Source: Hydrogenobaculum sp.
GTDB lineage: Bacteria > Aquificota > Aquificia > Aquificales > Aquificaceae
DNA: 56,175 nucleotides
Direction of reading: 5' to 3'
NCBI GenBank assembly: GCA_002878215.1
Contig: PNJC01000044.1
Coordinates: forward strand, 1-56,175
Numbering within the stretch: position 1 is the stretch's first letter; each line of letters starts with the position of its first letter. Shown here piece by piece: positions 9,715 to 18,807 of this stretch. The position numbers and the translations under genes are program-made. The notes below the pieces were generated by a model. It was not told the DNA's origin and did not search any database. It saw nothing but the letters and a program-made list of their open reading frames with translations.

Positions 9715-10228
9715 CCAAATCGCTTTTTATCTATTTGGTAGTATAAGCATAATATGTGGTTTGGGTGTTGTTAGTGCCTCAAATCCAATATACGTAGTTT
9801 TATGGCTTTTAGGAGCTTTAATAGCGATAAGTGGAATATTTTTCAGCGCTGGTGCTGAGCTTTTGGGAGCTCTTCAGCTAATGGTTTACGTTGTGGCTAT
9901 AGCAGTTTTTTATATACTCATCATTACAGCGGTTCCTTGGAGAAAACTACATAAAAACGAACAGCACAATAGATTGATAGGCGTCACCGTACTTCCTTTT
10001 ATAGCCCTGTTGTATGTAGAAGCTTTCATAGTGGGAATATCTGGTGTTTCTATAACTAAAAATAAAATTATAGAAACTATAACAAAAAACTATGGAAATG
10101 CAGAGGTAATTGGTATTAAACTATTTAGCACATATTTTTGGGCTTTTGAGCTCATGTCTGTGCTTTTGCTTATTAGTATGATAGGGGCCATTTTGCTTGG
10201 TAGAAAAGAGGAGAAAACGTATGATTGA
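9707..10228 (+). CDS. nuoJ: NADH-quinone oxidoreductase subunit J, copy 2
   Basis: LQLMVYVVAIAVF and AFELMSVLLLISMIGAILL motifs; gene order. Confidence 0.93.
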   Translation: MLNQIAFYLFGSISIICGLGVVSASNPIYVVLWLLGALIAISGIFFSAGAELLGALQLMVYVVAIAVFYILIITAVPWRKLHKNEQHNRLIGVTVLPFIALLYVEAFIVGISGVSITKNKIIETITKNYGNAEVIGIKLFSTYFWAFELMSVLLLISMIGAILLGRKEEKTYD

Positions 10229-10553
10229 GACTATTGCTAGCAAATTGTTGGTTCAAAATGTGAGTCAGTATTTTATCTTGTCATTTATACTTCTTGGGAT
10301 AGGGCTTTTTGGCATGATGGTTAGAAAAAACCTTATTACCATTTTAATGTCTTTAGAGTTAGCGTTAAACTCTGTAAATATAGCCTTTGTTGGTATAGAT
10401 AGGCTAAACCATCTTATAGACGGTGAGATTTTTGCCCTTTTTACAATAGCTTTAGCGGCAGCTGAAGCAGCGGTTGGTCTTGGTATTATACTTTCTTTGT
10501 TTAGATTAAGAAAAGCAGAAAACGTAAACGAAATCATAGATTTGAAGGGGTAA
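10221..10553 (+). CDS. nuoK: NADH-quinone oxidoreductase subunit K, copy 2
   Basis: RKNLITILMSLELALN and AAAEAAVGLGI motifs; ATG at 10221 after GAGGAG. Confidence 0.94.
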   Translation: MIETIASKLLVQNVSQYFILSFILLGIGLFGMMVRKNLITILMSLELALNSVNIAFVGIDRLNHLIDGEIFALFTIALAAAEAAVGLGIILSLFRLRKAENVNEIIDLKG

Positions 10554-10554
10554 A

Positions 10555-12248
10555 GATGCAATCTCTAATACTTCTTTTCCCACTGCTATCCTTTATAACG
10601 ATAGGGCTGTTTGGCAGACGTATAGGTGATCTTGCATCAGGCGTAATAAACGCCGGTGCTGGTATATTGAGCTTTATAGTGGCTCTTATCACCATGCTGT
10701 CTATGAAAGGACCAGAAGATATAGTATTTTACAAATTCTTACCTTTATCAAACACATCTTTAGACATAGGTATATATATAGATAAACTGTCTATCACCAC
10801 TACAGTTACCGTTACTTTTGTAGCCAGTGTTATATTTGTATACGCAATAGGCTATATGAGATATCTTTTTGGTAACTGGACATTTAAATTCTTTGCATAC
10901 TTTAGTTTGTTCTTGTTCTCAATGCTTCTTATACTGCTGGGAGATTCTCTTATACTTATGTTCTTTGGATGGGAAGGTGTTGGTCTTGCATCTTATCTTT
11001 TGATAGGGTACTTTCATGAAGAAAAGTTTGCTACAAAGGCAAGTTTAGAAGCCTTTGTGATGAATAGAATAGGAGACTGGTCTTTTATTTTAGGTATCAT
11101 ATATACTTTTTGGTTGTTTGGTACGTTATCCTTGCCAAAACTTTTTGAGAACGCCAACTATGTTCCCGGTATCACTTTAGCTACGCTTCTTCTTTTTGGC
11201 GGTGCTGTGGGCAAATCAGGACAAATTCCTCTACATACGTGGCTTCCAAATGCAATGGCTGGTCCAACTCCTGTATCAGCACTTCTACACGCTGCTACAA
11301 TGGTGGCTGCTGGTGTTTACATGGTGGCAAGACTTTATCCAATATTTTCTTTGTCCCAAACAACGCTAAGCTATATAGCAATAACAGGTGTTGTTACAAT
11401 GCTTTTTGCCGCTTTGGTGGCTACAGTGCATGACGATATAAAAAAGATAATAGCTTTTTCTACCATGAGTCAATTGGCAATCATGTTTACAGCCCTTGGT
11501 ATGGGATTTCCAACAGCAGCTATGTTTCATCTTACAACACACGCTTTCTTTAAGGCTCTCTTGTTCTTAGCTGCCGGTGCTGTAATAACAGGGCTTCATC
11601 ATCACACTCAAAACATATTTGAAATGGGTGGTCTCAAAAAATACATGCCTATTACCTTTTCAGCTTTTATGATAGGTGCGTTGGCACTTTCTGGCTTTCC
11701 TCCCTTTGCCGGTTATTTTTCAAAAGATGCTATAGTATCTTCGGTAATGGATAAAAATACGCTTGTAGCCACGTTAATACTTGTAGCTTCTATGCTTACA
11801 GCTTATTACATAACCAGAGAAGCTTTTGTGGTGTTCTTAGGACAAGGGCATTACCATGAAGAACCTCACGAAGTAGAACCTATAATGAGCTTTCCAATGC
11901 TTATACTAAGCTTTCTATCCCTTATGGGTGGATTTTTGCTTTGGAACTATTTCTCCTACATGAACAGCTCTATAGAACCACCTTCTTCTTTCATAGCACA
12001 TTCTATTTACGGTATCTTAGTTGCCATAGTAGGTATATCTCTTTCTTATCTTTTGTATGTCAAAAAAATTGTAGATCCAAATACGCTTTACGAACTATTT
12101 AAGCCTATACACACTCTTATGAAATCTCAGTTTTACACAGAATACATCTATCACAACATAATAGCAAAAGGTTATCTTGCCATATCAAGGCTTATATATA
12201 AAGCAGTAGATCGTATAATAATAGATGGATTTGTGAACGGGGTGGCAA
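10555..12248 (+). repeat. Direct repeat copy B (1694 bp)
   Basis: Matches 1055..2748 at a 9500-bp offset. Confidence 0.95.
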
Positions 12249-12394
12249 GTACTACGTCAAATTACGGTAAACCTATTAGCAGACTTCAAAATGGCAAGCT
12301 AAATTACTACGCTCTTTATATGCTTTACGGTGTTGTTTGTGTATTTTTGCTTTTAATCTTAGTAATCTTTAAAGGGGGTATCCTAAATGGCTAG
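10556..12394 (+). CDS. nuoL: NADH-quinone oxidoreductase subunit L, copy 2 (standard lateral-helix length, 612 aa)
   Basis: Same motifs as nuoL-1; distinct C-terminus ...SRLQNGKLNYYAL. Confidence 0.96.
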   Translation: MQSLILLFPLLSFITIGLFGRRIGDLASGVINAGAGILSFIVALITMLSMKGPEDIVFYKFLPLSNTSLDIGIYIDKLSITTTVTVTFVASVIFVYAIGYMRYLFGNWTFKFFAYFSLFLFSMLLILLGDSLILMFFGWEGVGLASYLLIGYFHEEKFATKASLEAFVMNRIGDWSFILGIIYTFWLFGTLSLPKLFENANYVPGITLATLLLFGGAVGKSGQIPLHTWLPNAMAGPTPVSALLHAATMVAAGVYMVARLYPIFSLSQTTLSYIAITGVVTMLFAALVATVHDDIKKIIAFSTMSQLAIMFTALGMGFPTAAMFHLTTHAFFKALLFLAAGAVITGLHHHTQNIFEMGGLKKYMPITFSAFMIGALALSGFPPFAGYFSKDAIVSSVMDKNTLVATLILVASMLTAYYITREAFVVFLGQGHYHEEPHEVEPIMSFPMLILSFLSLMGGFLLWNYFSYMNSSIEPPSSFIAHSIYGILVAIVGISLSYLLYVKKIVDPNTLYELFKPIHTLMKSQFYTEYIYHNIIAKGYLAISRLIYKAVDRIIIDGFVNGVASTTSNYGKPISRLQNGKLNYYALYMLYGVVCVFLLLILVIFKGGILNG

Positions 12395-13865
12395 TATTCT
12401 CAATATAGCTATATTTTTACCTTTGGTGGGCGCTTTTATAGTGTCTCTTTTTAGAAATGAGTGGCTTACTAAGGTAGTATCTATAGCGATATCAGGGGTC
12501 GTTTTCGCTTTAAGCGTTATACTACTTGTTAACTTTAATCCAAACACTCATCATTTTCTTTATAGGACTACCGTACCATGGATATCATCTCTTGGCATAA
12601 ATTACGATGTTGGTTTAGATGGGCTTGGTGTATCTTTGTTTACCCTTACTGCTCTTATATTTTTTACAGTTTTTATATGGGCTATAAAAGTAAAGGAAAA
12701 ACCAAATCTTTTTTACGCATTGTTTCTAATACTTGAAACCACTTGCCTTGGTACCTTCTCTGCTCTTGATCTATTCTTGTTTTACCTTTTCTGGGAAGGA
12801 ATGCTAGTTCCTATGTACTTCATAATAGGTTTCTGGGGACACGATAGAAAAATATATGCTGCAAATAAATTCTTTATATACACATTTTTTGGTAGTTTAT
12901 TTTTACTGCTTGGTTTAGCCACAATGATAGTTTATGGTTATTTTATAAGTGGTCATATATCTTTTGAATACGACTTCCATAGGCATATAGCTTATCCTCT
13001 TTGGCTTCAAATAATACTTTTTGTGCTTTTCGGTATAGGCTTTGCCGTAAAGGTACCCATGTGGCCTGTACACACGTGGCTTCCAGATGCTCACGTAGAA
13101 GCTCCTACTGCTGGTTCAGTGGTTTTGGCGGGAGTTTTGCTAAAAATGGGCACTTTTGGCTTTGTAAGGTACTCTCTTCCTCTTTTCCCACAAGCTTCCA
13201 AGATATTTATCCCTATCATGTTTATGCTTAGTGTAATAGCTATTATTTACGCTGCTATGATGGCTATATCTCAAACAAACATAAAGAAGTTGATAGCATA
13301 TTCTTCAATCAGCCACATGGGAATGGTAACCCTTGGAACATTTGCCCTTTCTGTGAGTGCTATAAATGGGGCTTCTTATATGATGATAGCTCACGGTCTT
13401 AGTTCTGCAGCTTTATTTTATGCAGCTGGTTTTATATATGATAGATTCCATTCCTATGAGATGTCGGATTTAGGCGGTATAGCCAAATATCTTCCAAACT
13501 TTGCTATTTTATTTATGATAAGCGGTTTGGCATCTATAGGGCTTCCTGGTTTCTCTGGTTTTGTCTCTGAGTTTTTAATACTGCTCGGCACTTTCAAATA
13601 TTTCCCAATGTGGGCTATTGTTGCTGGTGTAGGAATGGTGCTCGGCGCAGCATACTTCTTGTATATGTATAAGAATGTAATGCTTGAATCTGCCTCTTTA
13701 CCAGAATCTAAAATCCAAAAACTTCAACATACTATGGATTTGGAGCTTCACCACATTATACCTTTTGTGTTAATACTTTTTGGTGCTTTTATAATGGGAA
13801 TTATGCCATATAACTTTGTTAACATAGTCTCTCAAACATCAAAGCTTATTTTAGGGAGATTTTGA
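12387..13865 (+). CDS. nuoM: NADH-quinone oxidoreductase subunit M, copy 2 (canonical)
   Basis: FWEGMLVPM, KVPMWPVHTWLPDAHVEAPTAGS, GLPGFSGFVSEF motifs. Confidence 0.95.
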   Translation: MASILNIAIFLPLVGAFIVSLFRNEWLTKVVSIAISGVVFALSVILLVNFNPNTHHFLYRTTVPWISSLGINYDVGLDGLGVSLFTLTALIFFTVFIWAIKVKEKPNLFYALFLILETTCLGTFSALDLFLFYLFWEGMLVPMYFIIGFWGHDRKIYAANKFFIYTFFGSLFLLLGLATMIVYGYFISGHISFEYDFHRHIAYPLWLQIILFVLFGIGFAVKVPMWPVHTWLPDAHVEAPTAGSVVLAGVLLKMGTFGFVRYSLPLFPQASKIFIPIMFMLSVIAIIYAAMMAISQTNIKKLIAYSSISHMGMVTLGTFALSVSAINGASYMMIAHGLSSAALFYAAGFIYDRFHSYEMSDLGGIAKYLPNFAILFMISGLASIGLPGFSGFVSEFLILLGTFKYFPMWAIVAGVGMVLGAAYFLYMYKNVMLESASLPESKIQKLQHTMDLELHHIIPFVLILFGAFIMGIMPYNFVNIVSQTSKLILGRF

Positions 13866-15259
13866 TGAAAGCGTTGTATCCTGATATCATCACAACTGTA
13901 GGCATAATATTTCTGATAATTTTAGAGTTGTTTTTGCCAAGCTTTGACCTTATAGGTTTTCTTGGGTTTTTAATAAGCTTTATAAGTGGCGTGCTAGCTA
14001 TAAAATACTCGTTGGCAGGATATCGTTTCAACGAGTGGTTGCTTGATATAAATGCTTTTTCTTTGTTTTTAAAAGGTGTAATATACATACTAACATCTTT
14101 TGTGATATTTAGTTCTGTAAGCTTTTTTAAAAGCAAAAAGACCTTCTTAGAAAATGTATATACGTTTCTTCTTATCTCTTTAGGCCTTTCAATAATGGTA
14201 TCTTCTAAAAATCTTGCAGTTATATTGTCTGGCTTGGAACTTGCCTCTATATCCATGTACATATCCGTTGGTATGTTAAGGGACGACTACGTGTCAAAAG
14301 AAGCATCTTTTAAATACCTTGTGCTTGGAAGCATGGCTACTGCATTTTTTGGTATTGGGAGCGCATTCTATATAGGGGCTACTTCCCATCTTGGTATCAT
14401 AAGCGTATCCGTTAACCATAACACCGCTTTTGCCTTAGCATCTTTGTTTTTGTTTATAGCTTTTGCTCTAAAAGTATCAGCGGCACCTTTTCATTTTTGG
14501 ACACCAGACGCTTACGAAGGGGCTCCCACTTCTACCACAGCCTTCATATCTACGGTTCCAAAAATAGGGTTTTATGCGGTTATATTTTTGTTGGCAAGTT
14601 ATATATTTCCTATAACCAACAATTTTAGCTATATAGTTGGTATTGTAGGTGTTATATCAATGTTTTGGGGAAACTTGGTAGCTTACGCTCAGAATTCTGC
14701 CAAAAGGATGCTGGCTTATTCTTCAATAGGGCATGCTGGTTATTTCCTAATAGGTTTTTCAAGATACAATCCGTTATCGGTAAGCTCCACAATATTTTAT
14801 GTGATAGTTTACGCTTTTGCTACAGCGGGTGCTTTCTTGGTGCTTTCAATACTAGAAAAAAATCAATCTTGGACCCACGACATGAACAACTATAAAGCAC
14901 TTTACAAAAAAAGCCCCTTTTTGGCAGCTGCTTTAGCTTTATTTTTGTTTGCTTTAATAGGCATACCGCCTTTTGCTACTTTCGTAGGTAAGTTAGGCAT
15001 ATTTTTGGGTCTTGTAAACTCCAACGCTTGGTTTTTCGCTATTTTGTTTGTTATAGGTAGTGTCATAGCCGCTGGTTATTATTTAAAATTAATTGTTTAT
15101 ATGTTTTTTAAAGAACCTGTTGCGGAGGACAATATGTCGTTGTCACTTAACTTATTCGATACAATAGGGATTAGTGCTTTTCTTGTGGCTGTTTTTTTCT
15201 TCGGAATTTTTCCAAACGTATTGTTTGATATAATATTAAAAGATATGTTTCATGGGTAA
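13865..15259 (+). CDS. nuoN: NADH-quinone oxidoreductase subunit N, copy 2
   Basis: EASFKY, KVSAAPFHFWTPDAYEGAP, KRMLAYSSIGHAGY, GIPPFATFVGK motifs. Confidence 0.94.
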   Translation: MKALYPDIITTVGIIFLIILELFLPSFDLIGFLGFLISFISGVLAIKYSLAGYRFNEWLLDINAFSLFLKGVIYILTSFVIFSSVSFFKSKKTFLENVYTFLLISLGLSIMVSSKNLAVILSGLELASISMYISVGMLRDDYVSKEASFKYLVLGSMATAFFGIGSAFYIGATSHLGIISVSVNHNTAFALASLFLFIAFALKVSAAPFHFWTPDAYEGAPTSTTAFISTVPKIGFYAVIFLLASYIFPITNNFSYIVGIVGVISMFWGNLVAYAQNSAKRMLAYSSIGHAGYFLIGFSRYNPLSVSSTIFYVIVYAFATAGAFLVLSILEKNQSWTHDMNNYKALYKKSPFLAAALALFLFALIGIPPFATFVGKLGIFLGLVNSNAWFFAILFVIGSVIAAGYYLKLIVYMFFKEPVAEDNMSLSLNLFDTIGISAFLVAVFFFGIFPNVLFDIILKDMFHG

Positions 15260-15902
15260 CATTGTAGTATTGTCTGCACCATCTGGAGCTGGTAAAACCA
15301 CTATAGCTTACAAGCTTTTAGAAGAGCTTAAAACGCTTAAAAGAGTAGTTACCGCAACCACAAGGCCAAAAAGGGCCAACGAAAAAGATGGCCTAGATTA
15401 TATCTTTTTATCTGAGCAAGAGTTTAAAAGCATGATAGAAAACAACGAATTTGTTGAATATGCAAACGTTTATGGTTATTACTACGGGACTCCTATAAAA
15501 AGCGTTAAAACTCTTATAGAGGAAGGTTATGATGCATTACTAGTTATAGATGTGCAAGGTGCTAAAAATATAAAAAAACTGTTTCCCTCTTCTCTTTTGA
15601 TATTCTTAATGCCGCCTTCTTTGGAAGAGCTTTATGCAAGATTTAAAAATAGAGGCTTTGAAGACCAAAACGCCTTAAATAGAATTGAAGCTGCAAAAAA
15701 AGAGATATCCTGTGCAAAGTATTTTGATTTTATTGTAGTAAATAGATATGTGGATGAAACAGTGAATATGATTAAATCTATTATTTATTGTAATAAATCA
15801 AGAAGAGAATACTTTTTAGAGCACAAAGACCACGTAGGAAGTGATATAATAAATATTTTAGAAGGAGGTAAGTGTGATGTCTTCGAGACCGAAGATTTAT
15901 GA
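15252..15902 (+). CDS. gmk: Guanylate kinase
   Basis: SAPSGAGKTT P-loop, TTRPKR, YYGTP, IDVQGA; adjacent to rpoZ. Confidence 0.96.
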   Translation: MGNIVVLSAPSGAGKTTIAYKLLEELKTLKRVVTATTRPKRANEKDGLDYIFLSEQEFKSMIENNEFVEYANVYGYYYGTPIKSVKTLIEEGYDALLVIDVQGAKNIKKLFPSSLLIFLMPPSLEELYARFKNRGFEDQNALNRIEAAKKEISCAKYFDFIVVNRYVDETVNMIKSIIYCNKSRREYFLEHKDHVGSDIINILEGGKCDVFETEDL

Positions 15903-16122
15903 AGCTCTTAAGAAGGTTAACAACAAATACGAACTTGTACATGCGGCTGTTAAATATACAGAAAAACTAATGCAAGAGGACGATAGCTCTTTTATAAGAG
16001 GAAAAAGAGAGCTTATCAAAAAAACGTTCTTTGCTATAAACAGACTTGCAGATAGCGATATAGAAATAAAAATAACAGAAGAAAACGAAGAAATAAATAA
16101 AAATGAAGAAATACATAGCTGA
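15877..16122 (+). CDS. rpoZ: RNA polymerase omega subunit
   Basis: RPKIYEALKKVNNKYELVHAA matches the omega N-terminus; conserved gmk-rpoZ order; GGAGGT SD. Confidence 0.85.
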   Translation: MSSRPKIYEALKKVNNKYELVHAAVKYTEKLMQEDDSSFIRGKRELIKKTFFAINRLADSDIEIKITEENEEINKNEEIHS

Positions 16123-17350
16123 CATAATCTATGAGCAATTAGAAAACGGCGCAAAAGTATACATAAGAAAAAGGCCAGATGTAGAATCTGTATCCATACA
16201 GGTTTGGTTTAGCGTAGGCTCTAGCTATGAAGATTATAAGGAAAAAGGCATGGCTCACTTCCTTGAACACATGCTTTTTAATGGCTCTGAAAGATATGAA
16301 TACGGTGAATTGGACGTTTTGGTAGAAGGGTTGGGAGGTCAAATAAACGCTGCCACCTCAAAAGATTTTACATATTATTATATAAATATCTCTTCTAACT
16401 ACCTTAAACAAGCTGTAGATATATTAGAAAGTCTAACCTTAAGGGCTAAGTTAGAAGAAGATATGATTGAAAAGGAAAAACCTATAGTAATAGAAGAACT
16501 TAAAAGGGGTATGGATAGCCCAATAAATAGGTTTTTTGAACGTTTTGATAGGCTTTTTTACAAAGTATCAAATTACATGTACCCGATCATTGGCTACGAA
16601 GAAACCATATCAAAATTTAACAAAGAAATGCTTGAGAGCTTTTACAACTCTTACTATCAGCCATTAAACATGACTGTTAGCATCTCTGGAAACGTTTCCG
16701 AAGAGGATATAAGATTTATATACGATATGTTTTCTCAAAAACCTCAAAACAGCATTAGACCTTCTATATATGTACCTGAACCACCAAAAAAGTTTCCACG
16801 AAAAGAAGTTTTAGAAGACCCAATGATAGATAGAACCTACTATGCAATAGGCTGGGATGCTCCTGCTATAGGTGAAAAAATGTATTATCCTTTTGTGGTG
16901 TTTGATCAAATACTATCTGGCGGTAGGACTTCTCTTATGCACAACGAGATAAAAGAAAAAGGTATAGTTTATTCTTTTTCTTGTCAGGACGGTGCTCACA
17001 AGCAAGATAACAACTACACAGTTTTCGCAATAACTGATTACGATAAAGTAGATACTTTTAAAAATAAAGTTTTTGAGCTTTTAGAAAAAATATCTCATCT
17101 AAAAGATGAAGACATACAAAAAGCTAAAAATAAAATATTGAACCAGGAAGATTTTGTATTGGAAAATCCTGAGTCCGAAGCAGATTTAATGGGATTTTCT
17201 TCCGCAGTGGTAAAGGATATAAGCTATTTTAAATATTTTAAAAGCAACATAGACAACGTAGACAAGAACGATATATTGAGACTTTTAGATAATTATTTCA
17301 AAGATGATATTTACGTTGAGCTTGTTATGAGGCCTAAGGAGGATTTATGA
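16103..17350 (+). CDS. M16 family (pitrilysin-like) zinc peptidase
   Basis: GMAHFLEHMLFNGS inverted HxxEH motif; NAATSKDFTYY. Confidence 0.92.
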   Translation: MKKYIADIIYEQLENGAKVYIRKRPDVESVSIQVWFSVGSSYEDYKEKGMAHFLEHMLFNGSERYEYGELDVLVEGLGGQINAATSKDFTYYYINISSNYLKQAVDILESLTLRAKLEEDMIEKEKPIVIEELKRGMDSPINRFFERFDRLFYKVSNYMYPIIGYEETISKFNKEMLESFYNSYYQPLNMTVSISGNVSEEDIRFIYDMFSQKPQNSIRPSIYVPEPPKKFPRKEVLEDPMIDRTYYAIGWDAPAIGEKMYYPFVVFDQILSGGRTSLMHNEIKEKGIVYSFSCQDGAHKQDNNYTVFAITDYDKVDTFKNKVFELLEKISHLKDEDIQKAKNKILNQEDFVLENPESEADLMGFSSAVVKDISYFKYFKSNIDNVDKNDILRLLDNYFKDDIYVELVMRPKEDL

Positions 17351-18702
17351 AAGTCATATCTTACGGTGCTGCTAAAACCGTTACCGGTAGTGCTCACATG
17401 CTTCTTTTAGAAGATAGAAAAATACTTATAGATTGTGGGCTTTTTCAAGGTGTTGATGAAGAAAAATCAGAAGAACTTGGCTTTGATCCAAAAGAAGTTG
17501 ATGCGGTGCTCTTAACACATGCTCATATAGACCATTGTGGTCGCATACCTATGCTAGTAAAGAACGGCTTTAAAGGTAAAATTTACTGCACAAGACCTAC
17601 TTACGAACTTTCAAGGCTCATGCTGTTAGATACTGCTAAAGTAATGCTTGAGAATTATAAATCTCATATGAAGAGGTTTCAAAGGGGTACTATAAAAGAT
17701 ATGCCGTTAGAACCGTTGTACGATGAAGACGACGTGTTTGAGGCTATGGAGCATTTTGAACCAACGTTTTCCTACGACAATACATATCAAATATTTGACA
17801 TGAAGGTTACTCCAAAAGACGCTGGACATATATTAGGTTCATGCTTTTACGAAATAGAGTACAAAGGTAAAAAAATAGTATTTTCTGGAGATCTCGGCAA
17901 CAAGGGCAAGCCTATAGTTAGAGACTTTAGCCTACCTTCAAAAGCCAACGTCGTTTATGTGGAAAGTACATACGGCGATAGGCTTCACAAAAGTTTTGAA
18001 GAATCAAAGGAAGAGCTAAAAGAAATTATAAAAAATACTATAAAACACGGTAACGTCTTGATACCAAGCTACGCTTTAGAGAGGACTCAAGATATACTTT
18101 ACGTACTAAGAGAATTTTACGAAGAAGGCTCTTTACCAAAGTGCAAAATATTTTTAGATTCACCGTTAGCCATAGGTGTAACAAAAGTATTTTTAAGGAA
18201 TCCGGAGTATTTTAGAAAAGAAACTTACGATATAATGCAAAAGGAAGATCCTTTCAATATACCATACCTTACAATGATAAGGGATGTGGAAGAATCAAAA
18301 CAGATAAACGATATCCAAGAAGGAGCTATAATCATAGCCGGTAGCGGTATGCTTAGCGGTGGCAGGATACTCCATCACATAAGACATCATGCATACAAAG
18401 AGCAAAACGCTATAGTTTTTGTGGGTTATCAACCTCATGGCACATTGGGAAGAAAAATATTAGAAAAGCAAAACCCAGTTTTTGTTATGGGAGAACCCAT
18501 AAACGTTAGAGCCAAAATATACACCGTAAATGGATTTTCTTCTCACGCAGATCAGCAAGAGCTTATAGAGTGGATAGACGCTGCAAATCCAGAAAAAATA
18601 TGTTTGATACACGGTGAAGAAGATAAAATGCTTGTGTTAAAAAATAAGCTTGGCGACAAAAACGTTTATATTCCCTCTAGAAAGGAGGTAGTAGATGTTT
18701 GA
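17347..18702 (+). CDS. MBL-fold beta-CASP family hydrolase (RNA-processing nuclease-like)
   Basis: VTGS, DCGLFQG, THAHIDHCG, AGHILGS, ESTYG, FSSHAD motifs. Confidence 0.92.
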   Translation: MKVISYGAAKTVTGSAHMLLLEDRKILIDCGLFQGVDEEKSEELGFDPKEVDAVLLTHAHIDHCGRIPMLVKNGFKGKIYCTRPTYELSRLMLLDTAKVMLENYKSHMKRFQRGTIKDMPLEPLYDEDDVFEAMEHFEPTFSYDNTYQIFDMKVTPKDAGHILGSCFYEIEYKGKKIVFSGDLGNKGKPIVRDFSLPSKANVVYVESTYGDRLHKSFEESKEELKEIIKNTIKHGNVLIPSYALERTQDILYVLREFYEEGSLPKCKIFLDSPLAIGVTKVFLRNPEYFRKETYDIMQKEDPFNIPYLTMIRDVEESKQINDIQEGAIIIAGSGMLSGGRILHHIRHHAYKEQNAIVFVGYQPHGTLGRKILEKQNPVFVMGEPINVRAKIYTVNGFSSHADQQELIEWIDAANPEKICLIHGEEDKMLVLKNKLGDKNVYIPSRKEVVDV

Positions 18703-18772
18703 AGAGGATACCGATTGCGTACATTGGGAAGAACCTATAGTAGAGTGTTCTTGTGAAGACAAAGAAGACTAA
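18695..18772 (+). CDS. Putative 25-aa acidic Cys-rich peptide MFEEDTDCVHWEEPIVECSCEDKED (below ORF-track cutoff)
   Basis: AAAGGAGGT SD upstream; ATG overlaps the end of the upstream gene; open to TAA at 18770-18772. Confidence 0.5.
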   Translation: MFEEDTDCVHWEEPIVECSCEDKED

Positions 18773-18782
18773 GAAGAAGATC

Positions 18783-18806
18783 AAAATATAAACTAAAATA
18801 TAAACT
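18783..18806 (+). repeat. 12-bp tandem duplication (AAAATATAAACT x2) directly before the ATG at 18808
   Basis: Read directly at 18783-18794 and 18795-18806. Confidence 0.8.
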
Positions 18807-18807
18807 A

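Noticed and set aside
1055-12248. Long direct repeats read as IS elements or composite-transposon ends
   Set aside because: The repeat is entirely nuoL coding sequence; no transposase, terminal inverted repeats or target-site duplication seen
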